From the NCBI GenBank assembly GCA_012295275.1, contig CM022669.1, positions 16,244,001 to 16,308,000 of the forward strand: a stretch of DNA of 64,000 nt, in the 5' to 3' direction. Below are positions 29,041 through 42,210 of the stretch, piece by piece; position 1 is the first letter of the stretch; every line of letters starts with the position of its first letter. Under the pieces are notes generated by a model, which was given only the letters and a program-made list of their open reading frames with translations, made no database searches and was not told the origin of the DNA. This DNA is from Chrysomallon squamiferum. Taxonomy: Eukaryota; Animalia; Mollusca. The position numbers were made by a program, and so were the translations under genes.

Positions 29041-30125
29041 CTTGCTCAGCAGATAGGTTTTTACGTGCTTTCTAGTTCATGGAAAATGGAAATATAATGT
29101 ATCTCTTTCCCCTAGATGTACATCAGAGAGAGTCCTGGTTTTTCTGTATATTTTATACACACACACACACAAACATATACACACACAACTCCCCTACATT
29201 TATATATATATATATATATGATATATGATATATGCATGTATATATGCTTATTACAAACAAAAGTATGCTAGAAATTATTGTCCTGTAGATATCAACAGAA
29301 AGAATACAAGCATTGCGAATGCAAGGCTGGGTATTACGAATATTGCTACTGCTATTGCGAGGATGAGTGTGAGACAAATGTTACTAATATAAATAAAATT
29401 TCATTCACATAACTTATACGATTATTTGCATTTTGTGCTAATAAATATAACCCACAGACCTGAGCCAAAAAAGCTACGATGGCTATGTGGATGATAGACA
29501 GATGGACAGACACAGACAATCAAAGGGTAAATAAGTAAAGATAAATAGCGAAAGGAAAACAGAAAAATACAGGCTAACAAAAATAAAATGCTCTAGCGTA
29601 TAGAATAACACCATTTATCACTTATGTTCGTATATGAATAATAAGCTGTCAGCAGATTACAAAATAAACATAACATCTTACCTGATCACAGACTCGTAGA
29701 CAGTGAAATCTTGAAAACAGCTAATATTACACAGTTAATGATATCTGACACGAATACACACGAGTCTCAAATATCAACGTCACCGGTTTTAAAAAGTTAC
29801 GCACTCTCTCTCTCTCTCTCTCTCTTTCTCCTCTCCACGAGAGCTGAAATCCTCAATACATTATAAGTACACACAGCTCGTTAAAGCAAAGCGAAATACC
29901 ACGACGACGAGGTCGTTGGTTGTAATAATATTTTAACTGACAGCATTCTTAAATCGTGTCCTGTTCACAGCTGACGAAGTAGGCCAAGCGCGACATTTTA
30001 TCACCGCAGACGACTTTGGAGAGTCTGGTGTCATTACGTTAGTTATGTTGTTAAACAGTATGTGCGTACTATGTAATGCATTTCAGTCTTAGTCTGTTTT
30101 AATATAATTCCTTGCTTGTATAAAA

Positions 30126-30126
<1 letters not shown>

Positions 30127-30164
<38 letters not shown>

Positions 30165-30182
30165 GATGATAATAGTAGCAGC

Positions 30183-30216
<34 letters not shown>

Positions 30217-30228
30217 AAAAATAATAAT

Positions 30229-30270
<42 letters not shown>

Positions 30271-30296
30271 TATTATTATTATTATTATTATTATTG
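30127..30296. repeat. Compound (AAT)/(AGT)/(CAT)/(TAT) microsatellite
   Basis: Successive triplet runs. Confidence 0.9.
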
Positions 30297-31376
30297 CAAC
30301 AATATCAATAATCATAATGACAACAATAACAAAAATAATCAATAGTGTTAGAAGTAATAATAACAGTAGAAATAGCGCTAGTCGTAGTAATAGTAGTAGT
30401 AGTTAAACAACAACATCAACAGGTATAAGCACTAACGATAATAAAAGGAATTTTATACAGGGATTTTACCATACAGTTGAACTACAGAGGTTAAAATATA
30501 AAAAAAAAACTGAAAAAACAAAAGCAGTCCTGGAAAGGGATTGTGCCTGTTTGATGCGCTGACGAGAAATGATCCTGGAACCCATCATACTTCAGCCCCC
30601 GTACTCTAAAAAAAAAGTTTAAATGGAGTGGGGATTAGACTCTACTCGGCGAATGTCGTGTATTTAATATACGAAAATTCCGCGTGGAGAGAGATCTTGC
30701 TCGCCGCGTGTGAGCTTTCGAAACATCCAAGTGACGTCAAGAAAACGAGTTTGGCAAATGATTGCTTTTATTGATTGAGGGGATCTACCAAGCCACAGCC
30801 ATCGATATAAACTCAAGAAACAGCTGTCCTGTGATGAATAGTTTCGTTTCCTTACAGGCCGCAGCGTTCCCTCTTAAATGCGCTTTTTCCAAATGTACAG
30901 CTAGCTATGTTTAAATTTGAACCGTTTCCCAGGATTTTCATAAAGCGTTTACACGACACTGCAATCAGCGAAAGTTACCCATTTAATCAGAATCGATCGC
31001 GAACGCTAGAACTTGCCTGCTCTTGACTTTGAAGCTCTGCATGTGACAACAGCTGTCACTGGGCGAGAGCGACTAATTCTGTCCACCACAGATTGATAAT
31101 CACATTGTTGTAATTAAGAGTTGGTGTGCTATTTCCCGAAGCCAGCGTATTTAATATAGATAATATTAATAATAACAACAGATTTGTCCCCGAGCGAAAG
31201 CTTATGTGGGCGGATGTGCGTGTGCGTGTGCGTGTGCGTATGCGTGTGTGTGTGTGTGTTTTAACTAGTCAAAACAGTTAGCTAACTATCTATGAGATAA
31301 CACGAAAAGATGTACCTGAATCTATCAAAGAGGTAAAAGAATTGCCAGTGGATCGTTTAAAAGGGTTTATTTATTT

Positions 31377-31418
<42 letters not shown>

Positions 31419-31720
31419 GTAATTCTAACTTTATTAAATTCAGTATTGTGTTTCTGTCACAAATGAAATAAATGTTTGAGGTTTCAGTTTCAGTATCTAA
31501 AAATCTCTGTTTTGTTTTCGTCAGTCTGGTTTTATTGTATCAGTCTACTTTTCGTTTGTAAGCACGACACACATTAATAAGCAGATCATGTTCTAGATGT
31601 CTAGCCGTCAACTTTGTCTGTCTTAAATTCAAGTTAGATGTATCACTTTACAAACACATGTCTCCGCAATCGTGGACTTGCATAGATAAACATATTCACA
31701 ACACAAAGCACTCTATCATG

Positions 31721-31850
<130 letters not shown>

Positions 31851-34800
31851 GTCTGTTTCTGAAGACTATGACTACTTAAATATCAGCTGATGATTAAAAT
31901 GACAAAATATACAAAAGAATTTTCATTTTTCTCTTCACTTTATGTATCTGTATGTATGAGTGTATTATGTTTGTTTATGTGTGTATGGATATGTGCATGT
32001 ATGTTATTATGTATATATGTGTATGTGTGGGTGTATGTATGTATATGTGTGTGTGTGTGTGTAGGTATGTATGTATTATATATGCATGTATAAATGGATG
32101 TATGTGAGTATACACTTGTAACAGTTAAGTGAAAAGTGTTGAGGTTTCATTAATCATTGCCTGTCATTCATTAGCAATTACCTTTCGTGACTTTCACCTG
32201 GAAGGGAAATAACTCTTCCTTAAAGTAGTTGTCTTATGACTTGGAATATATAATTTAGTAGTCTGGGATAGCTGCAGCAGACAGTTCTCTGTATAAAACG
32301 GTCTTTAGAGAGAAGAGTGGGTGTATGTGGTCAAACTCATACTAGTTAAACCCTCAAAGAAGCCGATCGAGTCACTCGGGAGAGACAGAGACAGACAGAC
32401 AGACAGAGATTGAGACACTACAGTCGTCAAGTAATAGTCTGCTCTTCTTTCTTTCTTTCTTTTCAATGACCAGCAAATATTTCGTTATGCAGCTTTATTA
32501 TATCATTTGGAACGGGAAATGCTACAGTAGGTGCACTTATTAGGGATGGTCTTGCACCGTTCTAATCACTAACACGCTGTTTATCCCAGCACCCCACTTG
32601 ACACAGTGTATCATTTCACACCGGAGTCCGGTCCGCTTGAACTCCCGAGTGTACATGTCTAAGTGACGAGGAGAACGAATTCTTTGTGTGAGGTGACAAT
32701 TACTCACTTTTCATAACATTATTTCAAAATACGTCAGTCGTCACAAATGAATGAACGCGGGTAGTGTTTGTTTGTAACGTTGTCGTTACGTTTCGCTAAG
32801 TATCAATAGCATACTTCTGTTAATGCACGCCACCCTCAGTGAGATCGTATTTTAAATGAGACAAGATTTAACGTGACGTTTAATTCAGCTAGAAAAACGA
32901 TGGGCTGTTGTTTTGACATCATCACTACCGTAGTCACATACATTATTTAAGATATGCGTTCAGTGAAAAATTATACCCCTTCAGTGGTTTGACGTCAGCA
33001 GTCATTGAATACGTAACTCTCGGTATACATTCCTTTTTTTAATGTTCTTTCTTTTCTTTTTTTTTTTTTTTTTTTTTTAAAGGATCGTTCTTAAGATAAG
33101 TGCTTCGAGATTCGATTGACATAGAGATGGGGTAGATTACAAGCTGAACGCTGGCAAGAAAGGAAGGATCTTGAAGATCAGTGAGTCTGAGGATAAATCA
33201 TCGTTCTTTACGACTGTCAAGAGTTTTGAATTTCTCCGTTAATATATTAAAGTTCTTAGAAATGTAATACGTCTACAAGTATTCAGAAAATAATGGAAGA
33301 TTTCCTCATTTTCGTAAAGGCGTATCAGTTTACACGTTTATACTTCAATGTACGTACGTACTTTCTCACATAATTATAATGCACATATATATACATATAA
33401 AGGTATTTGAATCATACACACAAAACTACATACATACACATATACATAAATATATACACACACATAAACAAATTCACACACACACACACACACACACACA
33501 TAACTTTCTGCCTCAGTGTTTCATGTAAAAGGGAAGTATAAATAAAATAGATTATAATGAAAGAAAAGAAAGATTTTTATTTTAAATAATAAAAAATAAT
33601 AATAATAATAACAGAGTGTCTATTAAAGATACGGCATTGTTCATGATGTTTTAAAAATGACAAACAAAAAAAATGGTAATAGATTTTATCTGTAAAGCCT
33701 AATTTCAATAAATGATGATTTCTGACGGTAACGTAATTCTCGTAAAGCAGCGGGATTTCAGACATGTCTGATGAGATATTCATAATTCATGAATCATTCG
33801 TCTGTCTGATCATAGGCCGTAAAAAACAGAATAAAAGATAATAGTTATAAATAAAACAGTAGCACTTATAAAATCCCACACATTTGAGGATTTTCAGGGC
33901 TTTTTCTTATCAATCACCTCTTTTTAAAGAAAGAGATTATTTTTTTTTCCACGGTGGAGTGGGGCATGCTGACTGGGAGGTTAGTGACTAGAGTTCTTGA
34001 AGAGTAACCATGGATCGCAAGATCAATATTCCTCAATGCTTCCATTAGTCTATTTCCTATTCCAACCATGTGTCTTTCCCCTTATGTTGACAAAGGACAA
34101 TAGTAATCAAAGAAATAACAGTACCAGTTGTCTTTACATAATTATATATATATGTATTATACATATAGATATATACATATATGCATATATACATACATAC
34201 TTACATATATACATAATACATACATATACAAACACATACATACAAACATATACATAAATATATACATTACACACACACACACACACAAATATACATAACG
34301 CATAACAGAATAATACCTAATAATCAAGTAATCAATGGAACGTGATTCGTCATTAAATACATATTCATTCATTCCAAAAACGAATAATATTTCAGCGATT
34401 GTACTGTCTGAATGCTGCTGGCAAGTAAAAGCTAAACGTTATTTAACAGATAAAAACAAAATATGAAGTGTTGGCTGCGATCTTTTCCTGCAGTATTTTT
34501 GTGATTATCGAACAAAGTGGCCACGTTAACAAGATTCGTTCTTGCCAGAAATATAAATGTATTTTCAGACATACTCATTTGTTTAGGTGTATTTGTCCTT
34601 TGTCGTTAGAAAACACGTTCGCTATTGATTGATTCTGTAAATAACGTTTTACTGGAATATCAAAGCTATTTTCACCTGATGTTATTTTATCTGGCCGACT
34701 TGAATGACATCATCGCCGGTATTCAGTCTCTGTATAATGACATTAATAATACAACAATTAAGAAAACAAAACAAACAAAATATATGCACTCACCAGTGTG

Positions 34801-35617
34801 AACAAATGAGTAGTACCAAGCAATATTAAGTAATATTATTTATCAAAATAATTATATTTAATAACTAAAGCTATTTTGAAACCACTTGATATTGAATAGC
34901 GATCCCTGTTGTGACGTGTTTTGCTAAATAGGCAGCTACGTATAATATAATGAATGAATTGCTTTGAGTAATATTTATCAAATTTCACTTCTATTATCAT
35001 TTAATTTAGTTAATTAAAAATAGCATTTTACACAATAATTTGTATTTAATATTGGTGAATATGCTTACGGTCCATGAGATTTTCTCTCCGTTTGAGCTCT
35101 AAGAGAATCGGTTAGACTGCTCGATATTGCGCCGTTAGATAAAAAAAGAAAAAATTTGTCAGTCGTTTGCCGTTCTGGTGAAATTTACGATATGTGTACA
35201 CAACAGGTCAGTAATTACTTTCCCCTAACAGTATTCGATCTTGTTAAGTCTACACTGTCAGGCAGGACTTGTTGATTCACAGTCAATTTAGAAGAAACTT
35301 CTGAAGTGATCATTTCTAACAAGACGGTGTTGCTTTCCCTAATGAGAATCGATCGAACGACGTCTGGTACACGAAGCGTAACTTTTTTTTTTTTTAACTT
35401 GCAACAAAATTAAATACGTCTTTTGGTTTCAAATGTGCTGTGGATTCAGATGGGGGAATCTCCTTCGAAAACATTAAAGCTGACCTTAAATAGACGATGA
35501 TATAATAACGTGTGGATACTTTCAAAGCAGAATCAATTGTAATTTGCTAGCTAAACAACTTTCTTCTTTTTTTTCAGCTATTTTCAAAAGTTAAAAATGA
35601 GCAAAAAAAAAAAAAAA

Positions 35618-35709
<92 letters not shown>
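35618..35709. repeat. (AAT)n microsatellite
   Basis: Perfect run. Confidence 0.95.
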
Positions 35710-35710
<1 letters not shown>

Positions 35711-36753
35711 CAACTAAATTAAAGAACATACGAACTAGATGTAACTGTTTGAATACATCCAAATATATGAGCTGAAAACATAGACAGAAAATGAGAGAGA
35801 ACGCCTGAGAAGCAACACAATAATGTTGATAAAGATTCGCCATTCTAGCTACTACTTAAACATCCCAGATGAGCGTTTGTCAAAGGGCTTTGCGAACGCT
35901 TTCTTTGGTCTGTACGTCTCTCTATGTTTTTGTTTGTATCTGTATCTCTCAAAGGAGGAGAATTACAAACTGATAATAAAATACACAGTTAGGAGATGGT
36001 TAACGAAGCTTTAAGAGGAGAAACAGAATTTTTAGATGCGTTTTAACACAAACTTCGCTTAAAGGTCGATCGATAATATCACCGTTATTTTTTTTTATTT
36101 TAATTTTAACTATGTGTGGACTTTGTCAATTAATTTAAATCCTGCGGTTAAGTATTCCATCCTCCCCTAAACACAGTTAAACTAAACAAGTGATAAAATT
36201 TAGAGCGCGCTACCGTAGATCAATATTTCAATAAAAGTAAATTGGTCGTACGTTTGAAAGAAAAACAAATTTTCGAAACAATAACACTAACACTATAAGA
36301 AAGAAATGAAATGAGACTTTTTAATTTAAGACAAGAAATTCAATGAAAGAAAGAAAAAAAAAACTGAGCAGAAAGAAAGAAGTGACTGAAGAAAATAAAG
36401 ACAAGATAGAAACCAAAAAGATAGAAAGAAATAAAGAAAAGTTCCAGAAGATTAAAAAAAGAAAAAAAAAAAAGAAAGAGAAAAAAAAATACAAAAAAGG
36501 AAAAAAAGACAAATAATTTTGAAAAGAAGAAAAGAATGAGTGAAAAAAGAAAAGCAATAAAGAAAGAATTAAACATAAAAAAGACTGAAAAAAACAAACT
36601 GAACTTTTTTTTTCTTTCAGAAATTACTATTCAAGCGAATTCTTTCCTTCGATTTCCTTTTCCAAAGTATTTCTAGGATCAAAATCTGCTAACAAATTTA
36701 TTGAGAACCTCTATTTAAGTAGCAATATATATATATATATATGTGTGTATATA

Positions 36754-36956
36754 CAGGGTGGCAATAAAGTCACTATGCAGTTACTTACAATAACAATTAA
36801 GACAAAGCAATTAACCAACAGTCCAGACATTTATTATTAAAATGGTTCTGGTTACTTCTGGTTAATAACAATAAAATGTTATGGTAAACAAAAATAGTAA
36901 ATTAATTACCGATACTGTTTTGCTTTTTTATTATAAGTAACTGTATTGCCACCCTG
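36754..36956. mobile_element. Non-autonomous Tc1/mariner-type MITE (~203 bp)
   Basis: Terminal inverted repeats CAGGGTGGCAATA ... TATTGCCACCCTG, flanked on both sides by TA. Inverted homology continues internally (CAGTTACTTACAATAA vs TTATTATAAGTAACTG) after an 11-bp indel. No coding capacity. Confidence 0.8.
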
Positions 36957-36962
36957 TATATA

Positions 36963-37028
<66 letters not shown>

Positions 37029-37469
37029 TTTTTTCTTTTATGCATTTTTTCCCCTGCTTTGTCATCTTGTCTCGCTGTCATCCGCAATTTTACGATTAAA
37101 ACGGTAAACTGAAATGTCGTTCTAACACTGTAATTAATCTTCAGTGAAATAATAGGAACTTGGAGAATAATATGTCTGGATTTTATTCAATTTATTTTTC
37201 ATTACTGTGAAACTGTCTTCGTAGGATTTGTCCATGCAACGTGTTTATTGTTACAGAAGCAAACCTAAACACACTGCAAGATGGAAAAAAAAATATATAT
37301 CTAAACGAGAAAAAAAAATTATGATAATACAAACGAATAAATTATTTAATTAATAATAAATAAGAGGAAGAAAGAATAATAGCAGTAACGATGTGTAACT
37401 GAATAAATAATAGTTGTAACAATGATGATGACGTCAACAACAATAAAAGCAACACCAACAACAGTAGCA

Positions 37470-37566
37470 AAAACATTAATAATAATAATAACAACAACAA
37501 CAACAACAACAGCAATATGTATTATTATTATTATAATCGTCACCATCATCGTCGTCGTCATCATCA

Positions 37567-37627
<61 letters not shown>

Positions 37628-37629
37628 CA

Positions 37630-37722
<93 letters not shown>
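37470..37722. repeat. Compound (AAC)/(CAT)/(TAT)n microsatellite
   Basis: Long triplet runs. Confidence 0.92.
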
Positions 37723-37724
<2 letters not shown>

Positions 37725-37960
37725 ATATTATACCTAACCTAGATATAACCAGATTTTTTGACACAGTGATTAAACCCATCGATCATAAAATACGCATTGG
37801 GGATTCACATATCAGTATTTGTTTTACACCGAGGCGTTTCAAAAACTGTTTATTGCATTAGAAAATAAAAACAGAAAATAATGATAAATTCATCTGCTGT
37901 TGTTGCTAAGTGAAATGTATAGAACACATTAATAATTTTCATAGAAATGCAAAACTGACC

Positions 37961-38025
37961 AGAGATATCTTTACCAGACATATCTTTACTAGAAATATCT
38001 TTACTAGAAATATCGTTACCAGAAA
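37961..38025. repeat. 15-bp tandem repeat (AGAAATATCTTTACY) x4
   Basis: agagatatctttacc-agacatatctttact-agaaatatctttact-agaaatatcgttacc. Confidence 0.85.
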
Positions 38026-38083
38026 AAATGCATTCGTAATAGATGATAATTGCTTTGATAAAATACAGTAATATGTTATAATT

Positions 38084-38765
38084 AGTGATATCCTTTCACA
38101 AAAAATACATTTTCAACGAGTGTTATCGTTACATTAATTTTTTTTTTTTTAAAACACGTGAGAACAATGCTATTAACATGTTACATCATTCTTATTATTA
38201 ATAAGTTATATCATTGTAAGAGAAAAACGTCATTAACATGTCATATCATAATCGCAAAAATATACATTGACAAGTGATAACATTCTAACAGAAATACATT
38301 ATTAACAAGCGATATCATTATTCCAGAAATACGTTATTATCAGTTGATATTATAGAACTACGCAATTTTCGGATAATAACATTATAAGAGAAGTAAGTTA
38401 CCAATAAGTGATATCATTATCATAGAAATACATTAATAACAGTTGATATCATTGTAAGAGAAATGGGTATTAACAGTTAATTGCATTATGAGAGAAACAA
38501 GTTACTAACAAGTGATATCATTTTCACACAAATACATTATTAACAGTTGATATCACTGTAAAAGAAATTAATTATTAAATAGTTGAAATCATCCGAGAAA
38601 TACGTAATTATCGGTGATATCATTGTTAGATAAATATGGTATCAAGATATGATATCATTTTCAAAGAAATACGTTTATTAACAGTGAATAATATCATTGT
38701 AAGCGAAATACCTTATTAATAAATGATATCATTATCAGAGAAATACATTATTAGCTAATGATTTC
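38084..38765. repeat. Degenerate ~35-bp minisatellite, ~19-20 units
   Basis: Consensus ~TGATATCATTNTNAGAGAAATACRTTATTAACAAG. GATATC-like anchors recur every ~35 bp (e.g. 38311, 38346, 38410, 38445, 38514, 38549, 38616, 38651, 38725). Confidence 0.85.
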
Positions 38766-38978
38766 GCGATCAGCCGATGTATTGTCTGTCGGTTTCTGGT
38801 TTTTGTTACAAATTAGTGGATGACGCATATGGTGCAGAAGCGAGTATCTATTATAACTGCCTACATATTTGTCTGATTTACTGCAGTCATCTGAAATTTC
38901 GAAAGATTAAATAAGTTTAATTTCTAGCTTCTGCGGGAAAATGGAATATTTGTGCTCACAGCACTGAGTTCACAGGTT

Positions 38979-39150
<172 letters not shown>

Positions 39151-39524
39151 TCTTAACCTAGCAGACTGAAATACAATTCCTGAATGATTTCACAAAGTAA
39201 TTTGAAGAACGAAGAAAAATCTCTTTAATTTTCTAATCAGTGTAAATGGCTGAAGAAGATGCACGCACTATTCCACTGGATTATAATTATGTTTTGTCTG
39301 ATATTTTAGGAATCGTTTCTAACTAAAGAGACACGATTCAGTTTAAAATTTGTGCTTATTATTTTTGACACATAACTTGCATTTGTAGTCTAATATGTTT
39401 AGAGTTACATGAGGCAGACGATTTTATTACTATTGCTTTTTTGGTCTTCTTTTTTATATATATAATGTATTTTCTTTTAAAAACTTTATTTTATTTTTTA
39501 TTTATATTTTTATTATTATTAATC

Positions 39525-39567
<43 letters not shown>

Positions 39568-39589
39568 TTTTTTTATCCGGTAAGAGTTC

Positions 39590-39910
39590 ATACATCCATA
39601 CCTATCTGTATTCAGTCATCTATCCATATGTCCGTATCTTCAGTCATTCACATATGTGCCTACATATGTATCAGCAACTACTCATCCTTCCATACACATG
39701 TATCTCCACTCATTCATATATCCGTACGTACGTATATCCAGTTATTCATCTTTCCACACGTATCTCCAAACATTCATCTCTCTATACATAACTCCAAATA
39801 TTCATCCGTCCAATATATACCTACATTCATCCATTAATCTATCCATCCATCCATCACTCCATTATTCCAACGGACTATTAATTAATTGATTCATCCACGT
39901 GTCCATCTAA
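39590..39910. repeat. Old degenerate (CATC/TATC)-derived low-complexity tract
   Basis: Recurrent catcc/tatcc/cata motifs with a residual ccatccatccat core. Confidence 0.6.
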
Positions 39911-40921
39911 GCATATAATCTAATAACAGATTCTTCCGTCCGTCAGTTCGTCCTATTCAGCAGAGCATCGATCTTTTCACCTGTGTTACTGACAAAACAG
40001 AATACCGAGAAACCGAGAAGGCAAATTGCACCGTTTTAATTCTGTCTTTCTAAACACGGCAACACCCACACCAGGCCTGTGTCAGAATATCAATATCTCC
40101 GACAAAAGAGTTTTCTCTGTGTGTTTGTCCTGCAGTCTTACAATGGATATCAGGTGTCGAAAACAGACTGAAACTGTAACGTTTGACCTTGTAAGCATCG
40201 TAAATTAGAGTGAATGTTGATACGACTCTTAGCAAAGCCTCTAATTATATTTTCAATACTGTTTTATTTTTGTTAAATATTGATGTATAAGAATTTAGAA
40301 ACGACATACATGAAAAACAGGAACAAAGGAGGGACGAAAGAAACAAACAAACAAAAAGGAAAGAAAAGAAAGTGAGGAAGAAGGACAAACAAAATTATCA
40401 AATTAATAACAATTTTCAACGTCATTTTCAAGACAAAAAATAGTTTTCAGTAATTCTAAGGTGATTTGCATTATCCAAGTAAATGAAATTAAAATGTAAC
40501 AATTTAACTAACACATTTGTCTCTCAGCCAACCATCTAACACTCTGAAACAAAATATGAAATAAGGTGAAACTTCTTTAGTCAAACCAATGTCTCTAAAC
40601 GGACTATGTTAATTATTAAAGTCACGCAGAAGAAATTCGTCTGGGGAATGCATATAATGTTTGGCCTCAAGCCTAAATCTGAAAAAAAAGTAGAAACTGA
40701 CTTACATCTGAAGGTTAAACCAGAACAACTTAGCTCTTGACACAAATGTAGAATCACTTGGGAAATATATCTAAAGGCAAATCTGGGACGAAAAAAAAAA
40801 AAGGAAAGGTCTGTATAAGCATGGGCAAAGTTCAAATTACATGGGCAAAGTTGCGCCTTGAGTTATTCTGATGAATTATTAACGACACAAATGGACAAAA
40901 CTGGTAATTCTCTATCGCAGT

Positions 40922-40924
<3 letters not shown>

Positions 40925-40982
<58 letters not shown>
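40925..40982. repeat. Poly(T) homopolymer
   Basis: Uninterrupted T run. Confidence 0.95.
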
Positions 40983-41871
40983 CGTTTTCTTGAAATAATG
41001 GAAGACGTACAAATACCTACGCAGTTTAAAAAAGAATCATTCATAATTGTTTTCCGTGTTGAAGATTTTGTCAAGTCGTACGAGAGATTTATTGGAATAT
41101 TAGCATTAGAAGCCAAGAAATGGAAAAGCAATTGGTTACAGACAGATTTTCACTGCAATTAATAACAGCAAGACGAAAGGGGGGAAAAAAATTCTAGATA
41201 TTTGACTGCAAAGAACAGTCCAGAAAGCAAAGACATATCACACCTAAGCGTATTTCAAGCGCTGGAGTGATTATCTGATAAATCTAACTGAATGTCATAG
41301 CTGATTAAATCTGATTAAATCTGAATTTTAATATTTTTTAAAAATAATGTTAATGAGCTAAAAATAGTTTTATCAGCTGCATTTTTGTATTTAAAAATAA
41401 AATTTATTCCTTGCTGAAAATACAAAATAAAGATAGCTAGACAGAGAAACAGCCACACAGACAGACAGAGAGACAGATAGATAGATAGATAAATAAATAA
41501 CTTCCAGTTAAAAATTCGTCAACAATTTGAGATGCTCATTTTCCTCTGTTATATTATACTTTCTTAAATATTTTAATATTTAAATATTTTAAATTAGCCA
41601 GTAACTGTTTTATTTCTGTATTACCTCTATGTAGTTGTCACCAGTCAATTTTCTTCACGTCTCGTGTTCGTTCTAATACCATCCTTTCCCGTTCCACAGA
41701 AGGTTAAATGTATTTTTCAGAAAATTCTCTACTGTTGTCTATAATGCACTATGGTAGGCTTAGTAATCCTTGTCCATCCAGTGTACGACTCTGAAACACG
41801 TATAACTCAAACATATCAGTTCTGACATAGCCTCGGTCTATTTGATCACCGCCTTAGTCGAAGTTCAGTCG

Positions 41872-42210
41872 ACTGTAACACAAACGTAGACAGTCTTAAT
41901 ACAACCACAGTATATTTCAACACCAACCTTAGTCAGTTCCAATACAAATTCAGTCAATTTTAACACAACTTTAGTCAGTTCCAACACAAGCTCAGTCACT
42001 TTTAACACAGCCTTTAGTCAATTCCAACACAAAGCTCCGTCAATTTTAACACAACCTTAGTCAATTCCAACACAGGCTCAGTCAATTTTTAACACAACCT
42101 TAGTCAATTCCAACACAAAGCTCAGTCACTTTTAACACAACTTTAGTCAGTTCCTATCACACAACCGTAACCAATTCTCACACAATCCAAGTCATTAAGT
42201 TCTAACACAA
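41872..42210. repeat. 21-bp minisatellite with alternating A/B variants (42-43 bp dimer)
   Basis: Unit A TTAGTCARTTCCAACACAAGC alternates with unit B TCAGTCAATTTTAACACAACC. Best conserved at 41929-42153, with degenerate flanks. Confidence 0.9.

Noticed and set aside
38084-38765. 35-bp periodic array as a CRISPR-like locus
   Set aside because: Units are contiguous degenerate copies with no unique spacers, no cas genes are present, and the context is eukaryotic.
41872-42210. 21-bp repeat as a coding heptad/coiled-coil exon
   Set aside because: Unit lengths vary by single bases, breaking any frame.
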